64,000 nucleotides of DNA from Acidimicrobiales bacterium. Lineage in GTDB: Bacteria; Actinomycetota; Acidimicrobiia; Acidimicrobiales; RAAP-2. The position numbers were made by a program, and so were the translations under genes. The stretch lies in the NCBI GenBank assembly GCA_050010495.1, contig JBEKKW010000003.1, forward strand, positions 13,051 to 77,050, in the 5' to 3' direction. A model generated the notes under the pieces. That model did not search any database and had not been told where the DNA came from. It saw nothing but the letters and a program-made list of their open reading frames with translations. The number at the start of each line of letters is the position of its first letter. Within the stretch, counting starts at the first letter, position 1. Positions 48,784 to 59,092 of this stretch are shown here, piece by piece.

Positions 48784-49800
48784 ATGACGAACCAGATCCC
48801 TGAACCGACCGACACCCTCGAGGACCTGGAGGACGCGCCCTGGCGACTGCGCACCGGCACCCTGTCGCTGCTCGGTTCGTGGCGTACCGCCGGCATCGCC
48901 ATCCCCTTCCTCATCCTGTTCGTGGTCCTCTCGATCACGAGTGGGCCGTTCCTGCACACCACGAACCTGATCAACATCCTCGACCAGCAGGCCTCGACGC
49001 TCTGCATCGCCGCCGCGGGGACGCTGGTCCTCGTCGCCGGCGGGATCGACCTCTCGGTTGGGGCGACCTACGGGCTCGCCACCGTCGTGGCCGGTGAGAT
49101 CGCCGCGCATCATTCGCCCGTGCTGGCTATCGTTGGCGCCATCGCCGTCGGTTTGTTGGTGGGACTGGTCAACGGTCTCATCGTGACCGTATTCAAGATC
49201 AACGCGCTGATCACCACGTTGGCGATGTCCTTCGTGGTCGGCGGGATCGCGTTGCGCGTCTCGAGCGGGAACCTCATCGTGCTCTCGGCCAGCTCGGGCT
49301 TCTACCGGTTCGCCAACGCGCAGTGGCTCACCGTCCCCAGCGCGGTGTGGATGACACTCGTCTTCGTCGTCGTGCTGGGGCTGCTGCTCTCGCGCACGAC
49401 GTTCGGGCGCTACATGGTCGCCTCGGGAGGCAACGCCGAGGCGGCGCGACTGGCCGGCGTGCGGGTGAACCGCATTCGCGTCATTACCTTTGTCCTGAGC
49501 GGTGGTGCGGCCGGCCTCGGCGGGGTGATCGACATCTCGCGACTGCTGAGCGCCCAGGCGGCCAGTGGCGGCACCACCCTCGCCTTTACGGTGCTCGCGG
49601 GTATCGTCGTAGGTGGCACTTCGATCGCCGGCGGCGAAGGGTCGGTCTGGCGCACGGGTATCGGCGTGCTCTTCATCGCGCTCATCGGCAACGGCTTCAA
49701 CCTGCTCGCTGTGAACCCGCTCTACCAGCAGATCGTCCTCGGGATCATTCTGCTCATCGCGGTGGGGCTGGACTCGTGGGCCCGCCAGCGACGCCGCTAG
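48784..49800 (+). CDS. CUT2 sugar ABC permease (RbsC-like)
   Basis: About 10 hydrophobic segments and GGIDLSVGA. C-terminus matches the partial CDS at 1-82. Confidence 0.9.
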   Translation: MTNQIPEPTDTLEDLEDAPWRLRTGTLSLLGSWRTAGIAIPFLILFVVLSITSGPFLHTTNLINILDQQASTLCIAAAGTLVLVAGGIDLSVGATYGLATVVAGEIAAHHSPVLAIVGAIAVGLLVGLVNGLIVTVFKINALITTLAMSFVVGGIALRVSSGNLIVLSASSGFYRFANAQWLTVPSAVWMTLVFVVVLGLLLSRTTFGRYMVASGGNAEAARLAGVRVNRIRVITFVLSGGAAGLGGVIDISRLLSAQAASGGTTLAFTVLAGIVVGGTSIAGGEGSVWRTGIGVLFIALIGNGFNLLAVNPLYQQIVLGIILLIAVGLDSWARQRRR

Positions 49801-49836
49801 GGCCCGGGACAACTGAATGCAGTACTAGGAGGAACG

Positions 49837-51189
49837 ATGGGAATTCATACCTACGGCAGTAACTCGGTCGACTGGGAGAGCCGCGTCGACATGCCGCGCC
49901 TGCGCGAGGACCGCCTGGCCAAGCTCCAGGGTGAACTCGAGCGCTCCGACCTCGGCGCGCTGCTCACGTTCGACTTCCACAACATCCGTTACATGACCGG
50001 TACCCACATCGGCACGTGGGCCATGGACAAGCTGATTCGCTTCGCGCTGCTGCCACGCGGGGGCAAGCCCATCGTGTGGGACTTCGGCTCGGCAGCCCGG
50101 CACCACCAGCTCTACAACCCGTGGTTGAGCGGCGTCCAGGTGCTGCCCGACGGGACCCAGGTGCCCTACGACGGCGCCCGCGCCGGCATCTCGACGCTAC
50201 GCGGCGCGATCCCTCCCGGGGCGGATCGCGCTGGTTCGGTCGCGGAGAAGGTCAAGGAAGTGTTGCTCCAGTTCGGCCTGGAGAAGGAGGCGGTCGGCGT
50301 CGACGTCATCGAGATGCCCGTGCTGGCCGCCTTCGCCAAGGAGAGCATCACGCTGGTCGACGGCCAGCAGGTCTTCCTCGAGGCCCGCCGGATCAAGACC
50401 TCCGACGAGATCTCCCTGCTCACCTACGCGGCGTCGATGGTCGACGCGGCGTACGAGGACCTCTACTCGTTCTTGCGTCCGGGCGTCAAGGAGAACGAGT
50501 GCGTGGCGCTGGTGAACAAGACGCTCTACGACCTCGGATCCGAGCACGTCGAGGGCGTCAACGCCATCTCGGGCGAGCGCTGCTCGCCGCACCCCCACGT
50601 CTACAGCGACCGTCTCATCCGCCCCGGTGACCCGGCCTTCTTCGATATCCTGCACAGCTTCAACGGCTACCGGACCTGTTACTACCGCACCTTCGCCGTC
50701 GGCAGCGCCTCGGTCGCCCAGCGCGACGCCTACACCAGGTGCCGCGAATTGGTCGACACCGCCATCGCCATGGTCAAACCGGGCGCGTCGACGGCCGACA
50801 TCGTCTCGATCTGGCCCCGGGCCGAGGACTTCGGATTCGAGAACGAGGAGGCGGCCTTCGGCCTGCAGTACGGACACGGCATCGGACTGTCCATCTGGGA
50901 GCGGCCGATCTTCAGCCGGATGATCTCGCTCGATCACCCCGAGGTGCTCGAAGAGGGCATGGTCTTCGCCCTCGAGACCTACTGGCCGGCGAAGGACGGC
51001 TGGTCGGCGGCGCGCATCGAGGAGGAGGTCGTGGTGACCGCGAGCGGCTGTGAGGTGATCACGAAGTTCCCCGCCGAGGAGCTGCTCGTCGCGGGCAAGC
51101 GGTACTACGCGGCGGGGGGATCGTCCTTGGATCTTCGAGAGTCCCAGTCGAACCTGAACACGTCGCAGGGACGGGGTGAATCGCAGTGA
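49837..51189 (+). CDS. M24B (creatinase/prolidase-fold) metallohydrolase, copy 2
   Basis: 450 aa, colinear with 115-1470 with few substitutions. AGGAGGA RBS. Confidence 0.85.
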   Translation: MGIHTYGSNSVDWESRVDMPRLREDRLAKLQGELERSDLGALLTFDFHNIRYMTGTHIGTWAMDKLIRFALLPRGGKPIVWDFGSAARHHQLYNPWLSGVQVLPDGTQVPYDGARAGISTLRGAIPPGADRAGSVAEKVKEVLLQFGLEKEAVGVDVIEMPVLAAFAKESITLVDGQQVFLEARRIKTSDEISLLTYAASMVDAAYEDLYSFLRPGVKENECVALVNKTLYDLGSEHVEGVNAISGERCSPHPHVYSDRLIRPGDPAFFDILHSFNGYRTCYYRTFAVGSASVAQRDAYTRCRELVDTAIAMVKPGASTADIVSIWPRAEDFGFENEEAAFGLQYGHGIGLSIWERPIFSRMISLDHPEVLEEGMVFALETYWPAKDGWSAARIEEEVVVTASGCEVITKFPAEELLVAGKRYYAAGGSSLDLRESQSNLNTSQGRGESQ

Positions 51190-51323
51190 TCGGATCACGT
51201 CGCCCGCGAGACTCGTCACGTTTTCTTGCTCCACCGCTATGGACGTCGATGTTGACGTTGAAAATGCAGTTCACTCGCAGTTCACGCCCACCACAATCAA
51301 CCACAAAGAACGGATAGGACCTC

Positions 51324-52289
51324 ATGAATCAAACAGCCACCAAGATCATCGCCGTCACCGGCGCCACCGGAGCTCAGGGGGGCGGCCTCATTCGGGCGAT
51401 CCTCGCCCATCCTGACGGTGGATTCAGCGCGCGCGCGATCACCCGTGACCCCAACTCGGACAAGGCCAAGGCGCTCGCCGCCCTCGGCGTCGAGGTGGTC
51501 CAGGCCGACCTCGACGATGAGGCGAGCCTCGCCGCAGCCTTCGCGGGCGCCTACGGTGCGTACTGCGTCACGAACTTCTGGGAGCACTTCTCACCCGCGA
51601 AGGAGAACGCCCAGGCCGCCAACATGGCCCGGGCCGCCAAGGCGGCCGGTGTCTCGCACGTGATCTGGTCGACGCTCGAAGACGTGCGCAACTGGGTGCC
51701 ACTGAACGACGACCGCATGCCTACGCTCAACGGCGAGTACAAGGTCCCGCACTTCGACGGCAAGGGTGAGTCAAACCACTACTTCAGCGACGAAGGAGTG
51801 CCCACGACGTTCCTCAACACGTCCTTCTACTGGGAGAACATGATCTACTTCGGCATGGGTCCCCAGCGCGGCGAGGACGGCGTGCTGGCCATCACGTTCC
51901 CGATCGGCGACGCGAAGCTCGCGGGCATCGCGGCCGCTGACATCGGCGGCTGCGCGTACGGCATTTTCGCCGCGAGCGACACGATCGGTAAGACGATCGG
52001 CATCGCCGGCGGTCACCTGACGGGCCAGGACATGGCGGCAGGACTCAGCAAGGCGCTCGGTGAGAAGGTCAACTACAACGCCGTGAGTCCTGAGCTGTAC
52101 CGTTCCTTCGGGTTTCCGGGAGCGGAGGACCTCGGCAACATGTTCCAGTTCAACGCCGAGTTCTCCGACTCCTACTGCGCCGCGCGCCCGATTGAGGGCA
52201 CGCGCCAGCTCAACCCCGACCTGCATACGTACGAGGAGTGGCTGAAGGAGAACGTCGGCCAGATCCCCGTCGAACCGGGCTCAATGTAA
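51324..52289 (+). CDS. NmrA-family NAD(P)-binding oxidoreductase, copy 2
   Basis: IIAVTGATGAQGG. Colinear with 1614-2567. Confidence 0.85.
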   Translation: MNQTATKIIAVTGATGAQGGGLIRAILAHPDGGFSARAITRDPNSDKAKALAALGVEVVQADLDDEASLAAAFAGAYGAYCVTNFWEHFSPAKENAQAANMARAAKAAGVSHVIWSTLEDVRNWVPLNDDRMPTLNGEYKVPHFDGKGESNHYFSDEGVPTTFLNTSFYWENMIYFGMGPQRGEDGVLAITFPIGDAKLAGIAAADIGGCAYGIFAASDTIGKTIGIAGGHLTGQDMAAGLSKALGEKVNYNAVSPELYRSFGFPGAEDLGNMFQFNAEFSDSYCAARPIEGTRQLNPDLHTYEEWLKENVGQIPVEPGSM

Positions 52290-52582
52290 CCAGGGGCAAC
52301 TGCCTCGAAGGCGTTTCGCACGACCTCTATCGTTGACCGACGAGATCGTGCGTGACGACGTCGTCCGTGGTGGACCGGGTCACGTCCCGTCGATGTCGTT
52401 TCACTCCGCGACGGTTCACGACGACGTGAGGGCTGATCATGTGACTTACTGCTCTACTGCTCTTTTCCACTATTTGTATACGTTGGAATTACGGAATGTA
52501 TTCGCGCCACGTGAAATGAAGTGAGGTACACAATGCCGGTCTCACTAACACCGTTGAAGGAACGCTCAACCGCCCAGAAGTC

Positions 52583-53158
52583 GTGGCCCAGGACGTCTTC
52601 CGGGTCGTCTTCGGACTCATCTGGGGGATCGACGCCGCCCTCAAGTGGTTGCCAGGATTTCGCAGCACGTACGTGGCCGCCATCTCGGGTGTGGCCAAGG
52701 GTCAACCCACGTGGCTCGCGTGGTGGTTCGACTTCTGGGTCAAATTGCAGACTCCGCGTCCCGACTTCTTCGCGTACCTCGTCGCCATCCTCGAGACGCT
52801 CGTGGCCGTTGCCATCATCCTGGGCTTCGCTCGCAAGTTCACCTATATCTCGTCCGCCGTCCTCGGCGTCGTGATCTGGTCGGTGGCCGAGGGATTCGGT
52901 GGCCCCTACATGAGTGGGTCGTCGGACATTGGAACGGCGATCATCTACGCCCTCGTCTCGATGGGCCTGCTGACGCTCTGCTACTACGTCGGCACGAGCC
53001 GCTACAGCGTGGACTACTACCTCGAGCGCCGCATCTCGTGGTGGTGGAAGGTGGCCGAAGTACGTCACCCGCTCGCTGAGGTTCAGCCGACTCACGAAAC
53101 GGAGATCACCGAGATCACCTTCGGTGAGCCAGAACTTCAAATGACCAACAGTAGCTAG
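52583..53158 (+). CDS. DoxX-like integral membrane protein (family assignment tentative)
   Basis: 191 aa, four hydrophobic segments, and the pattern FRVVFGLIWGIDAALKW....LVAILETLVAVAIILGF. GTG start. Confidence 0.45.
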   Translation: MAQDVFRVVFGLIWGIDAALKWLPGFRSTYVAAISGVAKGQPTWLAWWFDFWVKLQTPRPDFFAYLVAILETLVAVAIILGFARKFTYISSAVLGVVIWSVAEGFGGPYMSGSSDIGTAIIYALVSMGLLTLCYYVGTSRYSVDYYLERRISWWWKVAEVRHPLAEVQPTHETEITEITFGEPELQMTNSS

Positions 53159-53361
53159 CGGGCCGTCGGGACCCAATCCCGGTCGCGCCGGATTCACCGC
53201 ATAGGGAGTGGCGCCGACGTCTCGCGGCCATCGGAGAGATTCTTCGTCGTCGCGCTTCGAGTGAACTGCACGTCGAGAACGGCCATGATGTTGCTGAACC
53301 AGTGGTTGGAGGTTGTCGTTCCAACGACCTGCACCGCACGCAAGAGGAGAGGAGAACCCGT

Positions 53362-53676
53362 ATGCAGAAGCGACTGGTAACGCGCTACGCCACTCGGAGC
53401 GCCGAGGATGCCGATGAGAACCAGCGACGGATCGAGGCCGTCTTCGAGGAGTTGGCGAGTGCCAAACCCGACAACGTGAGTTACCTGGTCTTTCGCCTCG
53501 CCGACGACTCTTTCGTCCACGTCTCCTTTCACGACCACGGTGACGCGGAGGTGAATCCCATCTCCTCGACGACGGCGTTCGCGCACTTCCAAGAGGACCA
53601 CGCTGATCGGCGCGCGGGCGACGTGGTCCAGCAGACTGCTCAGCTGGTCGGCAAGTACGTCACCGTCATCGACTGA
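53362..53676 (+). CDS. Small (104 aa) ABM-like protein, copy 2
   Basis: Starts at ATG 53362 (MQKRLVTRYATR...) after GAGGAGAGGAGA. Colinear with 3553-3867. Confidence 0.5.
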   Translation: MQKRLVTRYATRSAEDADENQRRIEAVFEELASAKPDNVSYLVFRLADDSFVHVSFHDHGDAEVNPISSTTAFAHFQEDHADRRAGDVVQQTAQLVGKYVTVID

Positions 53677-53682
53677 TCGACG

Positions 53683-54126
53683 TTACTGGCCGTTCTGCCC
53701 TACGGTGAGGTTCGTCATCGATTGCAGCAGCCCGGCGATCCGGCTGGCGTCACTCGTCGCCAAACCCAGGGTGTCGGCCAGTCCGGAAGCGAGGTCGCGG
53801 TTCACGCGCGAACGAGTCGATCGGCCCTTGGCCGTCAGCGTGAGCATCCGGACTCGGCGATCGAACGGGTCGGGCAGGCGTTCCACCAGGCCCAGGCGTT
53901 CGGCGCGGTCGATGAGCCCCGTCACGTTGGAAGGGTCGCAGGACAGGTCCTCGGCGTAGGCCCCCATCGACATCGGCTCGTCGAGCATCCGCAGCAGAGC
54001 GACCTGCTGAGGGGTGAGGTCGTAGCGCTCGGCGACGTCGGAGACGACCTGCTGGACCCGGTGCGTGACGTCGAGCAGTCGGTCGACGAGCAGGTCCGCC
54101 TCCTCGGGAGCCGGTCGTTTCGTCAC
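53683..54126 (-). CDS. MarR-family transcriptional regulator, copy 2
   Basis: Start moved to GTG 54126 (VTKRPAPEE...), which aligns with the copy 1 start. Conserved core LTPQQVALLRML...DRRVRMLTLTAKG. The C-terminal tail is different and longer. Confidence 0.85.
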   Translation of the reverse strand: MTKRPAPEEADLLVDRLLDVTHRVQQVVSDVAERYDLTPQQVALLRMLDEPMSMGAYAEDLSCDPSNVTGLIDRAERLGLVERLPDPFDRRVRMLTLTAKGRSTRSRVNRDLASGLADTLGLATSDASRIAGLLQSMTNLTVGQNGQ

Positions 54127-54221
54127 GTCATCAGTCTGGCAGGAGATTCTTGACCACATCAAGCATTTGTGGAACACTTGCATTGTCAATGGTCGAGTAG
54201 CCCAACTAAAGGAGTCGAGCA

Positions 54222-54866
54222 ATGCTGAACCTCAAGATCATTATCGGCAGTACGAGGCCCACCAGGATGGGCGACTCGGTGGCCCCGTGGGTCGTCGCGC
54301 GCACGACGGCCCACGGGGCCTTCGACGTGGAGGTCCTGGACCTGCGCGATTGGCCGCTGCCCTTCTTCCAGGAGCACATGGGTACCATCGGCGACTTTGC
54401 CGATCCGACCTACTCCGAGCCCATCGTGCGTAAGTGGAACCAGACACTGAAGGCGGCCGACGCACTCTTGGTGGTGACGCCTGAGTACCTGCACTCGATA
54501 CCCGGCACCTTGAAGAACGCCCTGGACTCGGTGTTCGTCAGTTGGGCACTTCGCAACAAGCCGCTGGCCATGGTCGGCTACAGCATCGGCATCTCGGCGG
54601 GCGTGCGTGCCGTGGAGCATCTCACGGACGTGGCGATCGAGTCCGAGATGGTGCCCCTACGCGACACGGTGTTGATTCCCAAGGTGCAGGACGCCTTCGA
54701 CGGGTCGGGCGTGCCCGTGGACCCGATGACGGACATTGCGATGACGATCATGCTCGACGACCTCGCGTGGTGGGGCACGCTGCTCGCCGGGGCACGCAGC
54801 GAAGGCGAGTTGTCGCCCGGCAGTCTGCGCGTGCGCGCCGCGCTGGCCCAACTCGAAGGTTCGTGA
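54222..54866 (+). CDS. NADPH-dependent FMN reductase, copy 2
   Basis: 214 aa, colinear with 4465-5109. AAAGGAG RBS. Confidence 0.9.
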   Translation: MLNLKIIIGSTRPTRMGDSVAPWVVARTTAHGAFDVEVLDLRDWPLPFFQEHMGTIGDFADPTYSEPIVRKWNQTLKAADALLVVTPEYLHSIPGTLKNALDSVFVSWALRNKPLAMVGYSIGISAGVRAVEHLTDVAIESEMVPLRDTVLIPKVQDAFDGSGVPVDPMTDIAMTIMLDDLAWWGTLLAGARSEGELSPGSLRVRAALAQLEGS

Positions 54867-54956
54867 CGAGACGCACGGGCACGCGGGCCGTCCTCTAACT
54901 CGTGCGACGGAGGAACTAACTCGGGACGCCCTCGATTGCCGTGTTGCTCGGTTGCC

Positions 54957-55946
54957 CTACTTTGAGGTGACCCACAGCCAGATGGCGAGTCCGAATCCCG
55001 CGCCCGCCACCAGTACGCGCAGCAGCGTGCCCGGCATCCGCCGCGTCACGGAGGGCCCGACGAAGCTGCCGGCGAAGAGACCGATCGCCAAGAAGACCGC
55101 CGCCAACCAGTGAACGGGTCCGAAGAGGACGAAGCCGACGGCGGCGACCACCGTAGCGACGCCCAGGATCATGTTCTTCAGCGCGTTGGCCCGCGGCAGG
55201 TCCTGATCCACGGTGAGCAACAGCAACACCAGGACCATGACGCCCGACCCCGCGCCGAAGTAGCCGGTGTAGACACACATGAGAAACAGTCCGCCGGGCA
55301 GCAGGAGACGATTGCTCTCGCGTTGGCGACGCTCGCGCCACCGCGAGATCCGTGGCTGCAGGAGCATGAGCAGGGCGCCCGACGCCAACAGGAACGGCAC
55401 GATCCGCGTGAAGACGTGGTTGGGCGTGAGCAGGAGCAGGGCGACGCCCGACGCGCCACCCAACGCGGCGAGCAGTGCCCAACGTCGCAGCCACTCGCGC
55501 CGGCCCCGGAGTTCGGGACGAGAGCCGAGGGCGGAACCGGGGAAGGCAGCCACGAGGGCCACGACATTCGTGACGTTGGCCGGCAGCGCCGGGATTCCCA
55601 CCGCCAGCAGCGCCGGGTACGAGATCAGCGACGTGATGCCACCGGCCGAACCCACGACACCGGCCAAGAATCCTGCCACGATGAGCAGGAGTACGTTCGC
55701 CGGTGAGTTGTCGATGGTATCGATGCTAAATCTCGAATGACATCCGATGCCGAGATAGCGAGAGCGCGCACGGCGAGGCGACTCTCTCAGTCCGATGCGT
55801 TCGAAGCCGCGCCGGTGGCCACCGTCCACTCGAGGCGTGCACGTGCCGCTTGGTGCGGTTCGTGCACGCCTCGTGCGGTACGTCGACGTTCTGCTCGCTG
55901 ACCTATTCGTTAATCGAAAGTTTCGTGTAGGCACGGCAATGCCCAT
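54957..55946 (-). CDS. TauE/SafE (TSUP) family anion exporter
   Basis: Motif LAGVVGSAGGITSLISYPALLAVG and about eight hydrophobic segments. The start is poorly defined: the N-terminal ~70 aa from ATG 55946 are arginine-rich and may not be translated. Confidence 0.7.
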   Translation of the reverse strand: MGIAVPTRNFRLTNRSASRTSTYRTRRARTAPSGTCTPRVDGGHRRGFERIGLRESPRRARSRYLGIGCHSRFSIDTIDNSPANVLLLIVAGFLAGVVGSAGGITSLISYPALLAVGIPALPANVTNVVALVAAFPGSALGSRPELRGRREWLRRWALLAALGGASGVALLLLTPNHVFTRIVPFLLASGALLMLLQPRISRWRERRQRESNRLLLPGGLFLMCVYTGYFGAGSGVMVLVLLLLTVDQDLPRANALKNMILGVATVVAAVGFVLFGPVHWLAAVFLAIGLFAGSFVGPSVTRRMPGTLLRVLVAGAGFGLAIWLWVTSK

Positions 55947-56017
55947 CGGGGCCCGTCGACGTGGCTTGACGTACTCGCCCTCAAGCAGCCCGAAGAAGGT
56001 CAATAGGATGAACAGGC

Positions 56018-59000
56018 ATGGCCGGGGGCACTTCTGAACTGTTAATGCGTGTTCGAATGCTGCTGGCGGCGTTCAAGGCGCGACGTTCGGCCGCCGCGGT
56101 GATGTTCGTCGTTGCCGTTCTCGCGATAGCGGCCGCGGCCATCGGACCCATGTTCTTGAAGAGCGCCGATACTTCGGTGCTGACGAGCGCCGTGCGAGCC
56201 GCAGCACCCGGTCAGACGGACTTGACGTTCATCGACAACGGCGGTGCGACGCAGATGAGCAAGCTCTCCACCGCGGCCAAGACGGTCGAGGTTCAATCGG
56301 GCGGACTCCTGTCCCCTCCGCTGTTCACCATCGACGTTGGTTCTCACTTCCTCCTCCGGACCCAGGAATACGCCGCTGACATCCTGGCCCGCAGCGATAT
56401 CTGCGCTCACCTCACGTTCGTCGAAGGGACCTGTCCCCGGCGGGCGGACGACGTGGCGATCAGCGAACGAAGTGCCGCCGCGTCGGACCTTGGCGTCGGT
56501 GCTCGCTTGCAGATCTCCGACTCCCACACCTCGATCACGACCGGCATGACGATAACTGGCGTTTACGTGTCGCCCGCCAAGGTCGATAACAACTATTGGA
56601 AGGATGAAAACTACTTCGACTACGGGACCGGCGGACCACCAGTGGTGGAACTTGATCCGCTCGTCGCCACCTTCGCCACGGTGCTCGCCACGAGCCCCGT
56701 GGCCGAGCCCCAGCTCAGCGTGGACCTCGCGTGGCGTGCGGACGCGACGCTCTCGGGCGCCTCGGTCCTCGATTCCACGGTCGTCAAGGTCAAGTCGACC
56801 CTCTTCTCCCACTACGGGTTGGCCGCGTCGACGGGACTGACGTCGCTCATCAGTGCGACGCGGCTCGACGACGACCTGATGAGCACCGTGGTGCTGGCCA
56901 TCGTGCTGCAGTTGATACTGCTCTCCCTGCTGATTCTCTACACCTTGGGCCGTTCGACGTTGCTCGGGCGTCGCCAGGAGTCGGAGTTCGCGCGGCGACA
57001 CGGCTTTCCCCGATCCGCGTTGATCGCCCTCGCCATCGGCGAACCCGCCACGCTCATCGTCGCCGCACTCCCCGTGGGCGTCCTGGTGGCCTGGGGGGCG
57101 CTCGCGCTGTTGACGAAGACGCTGTTCATCGCGGGCACGCCGGTCTCGTTTCCGGCAACCGCCGTCGCCTTCGCCGTTGGCACGTGCGTCGCCGGCGTGG
57201 CCGCGATGACGGTCGCCTCCTCCGAGCTCTGGCGATCACGGTCGTTGAGCAAGCTCCAGGCGACGCTCGTCAGCATCGCCGTCGACGCGTTCGCGGTCGC
57301 GCTCGCCCTCACGGGCCTGCTCTCGCTGGCGACCAAGGGATCGTTGAGCGGCTCGCACGCCGATCCGCTGGCCGCGCTCGCTCCCGGACTGCTGGCCCTC
57401 GGAGCGGGAGTGATCGGTCTTCGTCTCGCGGCCGTGGTGATCCGCGCCGTCATCGCCCGTAACGGTGAGACGAGTCGTGTCGCCTGGTTCCTCGCGCTGC
57501 GACAGATCGGCCGTCGTCCCTCAGTCCTGCGACAGCTCCTCCCGCTGACCGCCGCGACCGCCGTACTGCTCTTCGCCGTGGGCAGCTTCTTCCTCGCTTC
57601 GTCGAATCGGTCCCTCGTCGCGCACTTCGACGTCGGTGCGGCCCGGGTCGTCGACGTCACGGCGCCCCCGCTGTTCAACCTCGAAGCGGCGGTGCGCCGA
57701 GCCGACCCTTCCGGGCGTGAGGCGATGGCCGTCGCGTACTACTCGTCGCCGACCGGTGAGCTGCTCGGCGTCGACACGTCGCGGCTGGCGGCGGTGGGCG
57801 TCTGGCCCTCGGCCCTCGCTCCAGAATCACTCGCCGACCTGGCGCACGAACTCTCGCCACGGGTGCCGCCCGGCGTGAGTTTCTCGGGCGACGCGCTGCG
57901 TTTGACGCTCGGCGTCGCCGAGGGAACGCCGCGGATCGAACTCGGCGTGAGCATCTTTGGCGAGACCTATCAAAACAGCAAGACGATCTTCGTGGGCCCG
58001 ATCGTGGCGGGTCTGCACAACTACACGATCCCGCTGGCCGGCCTGTGCACCGGGACCTGCCGCCTCACCGGGCTGGCTCCGAACTGGGTGAATCCGTTCA
58101 ATCCCTACTCGAAGAAGGTCGCGTTCGTCCTGCACGGCGTTGCCGAGCGCCAGGGCGGGCAGTGGCGCGACGTCAGGTTCGGGGCGGGTCACCCAGGGAC
58201 GTGGGACGCACAACCCTCGTCCATCCACGTCACGTCGACGGGTCGCCCGTGCTGCCAGGTCGCTTTTTCGATCCCCGGCGTGCAGCTCCAGTCCAGCGGC
58301 TTGATCCTGAGCCCGGTCAACCTGCCCGCGGCGACACCCGCCATCGTGTCGACCAGGATCGAGATCACGGACCCTCCGGTCCCGCCTCGGGGCAATCTCA
58401 CCCTCAACCTGGACGGGAGTCTGTTGACGGTGCACCCGTTGGCCTTCGTCTCGACGCTGCCGCTACTGGGCGACCACGGTGCGCTGGTCGACTACGTCTT
58501 CGCGCAACGGGCCATCATCAGAAGGGGAAACGATACGACGTACCAGGTATGGCTGGCGCCGTCGGCGAGTCCCGCGATCCTCCAGCGACTGCGGACGGAC
58601 GGCGTCGTGATCGGTCCGATCGCGCTGGCCTCGACCCGCCTGGGCGAGCTCGATCACAGTGGCGTGGCGTTGGCCTACACGGTCGCGTTGTTCGTCGCGC
58701 CGATCGCCGCGTTGCTGGCTATCGGCACCGTCTCCTTCGTCATCGTCCTCGACGGTCGCCGGCGGCGGCGTGAGTTCACGTCGCTCTCCTTGGACGGCGT
58801 CCCCACGGCAACGGTGCGCCGGGCGCTGCTCGTCGAAAACGCGATGGTGCTCGGTGTCGCCCTCGTCGTCGGCGCGGCCATCGGCTTCGCGACGGACTCC
58901 CTCGCCTTCACGTCACTGCCCGAGTTCGCGGCGGGCACCGGCGGTCTGCCGATCTCGAGGGCGGTGCCGATCACGCCCTTTCTGGGCGCCGTGGCGATTC

Positions 59001-59092
59001 TCGCCCTGCTCCTGGCGGGCGCCGTCGAGTTGACGACCCGAACGGTGATGCGCGGGAACCGAGCGCGCCATGACGGTGGGTCGATGGAATGA
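56018..59092 (+). CDS. Very large (1024 aa) ABC permease with two FtsX domains and two long extracytoplasmic regions
   Basis: FtsX-type blocks RRQESEFARRHGFPRSALIALAIGEPATLIV and RRRREFTSLSLDGVPTATVRRALLVENAMVLGV, each within a TM cluster. Stop overlaps the next gene. Confidence 0.8.
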   Translation: MAGGTSELLMRVRMLLAAFKARRSAAAVMFVVAVLAIAAAAIGPMFLKSADTSVLTSAVRAAAPGQTDLTFIDNGGATQMSKLSTAAKTVEVQSGGLLSPPLFTIDVGSHFLLRTQEYAADILARSDICAHLTFVEGTCPRRADDVAISERSAAASDLGVGARLQISDSHTSITTGMTITGVYVSPAKVDNNYWKDENYFDYGTGGPPVVELDPLVATFATVLATSPVAEPQLSVDLAWRADATLSGASVLDSTVVKVKSTLFSHYGLAASTGLTSLISATRLDDDLMSTVVLAIVLQLILLSLLILYTLGRSTLLGRRQESEFARRHGFPRSALIALAIGEPATLIVAALPVGVLVAWGALALLTKTLFIAGTPVSFPATAVAFAVGTCVAGVAAMTVASSELWRSRSLSKLQATLVSIAVDAFAVALALTGLLSLATKGSLSGSHADPLAALAPGLLALGAGVIGLRLAAVVIRAVIARNGETSRVAWFLALRQIGRRPSVLRQLLPLTAATAVLLFAVGSFFLASSNRSLVAHFDVGAARVVDVTAPPLFNLEAAVRRADPSGREAMAVAYYSSPTGELLGVDTSRLAAVGVWPSALAPESLADLAHELSPRVPPGVSFSGDALRLTLGVAEGTPRIELGVSIFGETYQNSKTIFVGPIVAGLHNYTIPLAGLCTGTCRLTGLAPNWVNPFNPYSKKVAFVLHGVAERQGGQWRDVRFGAGHPGTWDAQPSSIHVTSTGRPCCQVAFSIPGVQLQSSGLILSPVNLPAATPAIVSTRIEITDPPVPPRGNLTLNLDGSLLTVHPLAFVSTLPLLGDHGALVDYVFAQRAIIRRGNDTTYQVWLAPSASPAILQRLRTDGVVIGPIALASTRLGELDHSGVALAYTVALFVAPIAALLAIGTVSFVIVLDGRRRRREFTSLSLDGVPTATVRRALLVENAMVLGVALVVGAAIGFATDSLAFTSLPEFAAGTGGLPISRAVPITPFLGAVAILALLLAGAVELTTRTVMRGNRARHDGGSME

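Larger units (their letters stand above)
49719..54866. repeat. Copy 2 of the ~5.1-kb segmental duplication (paralogous to 1-5109)
   Basis: Colinear with copy 1, except that the slot at 52290-53361 holds a DoxX-like gene instead of an aldo/keto reductase. Confidence 0.85.
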
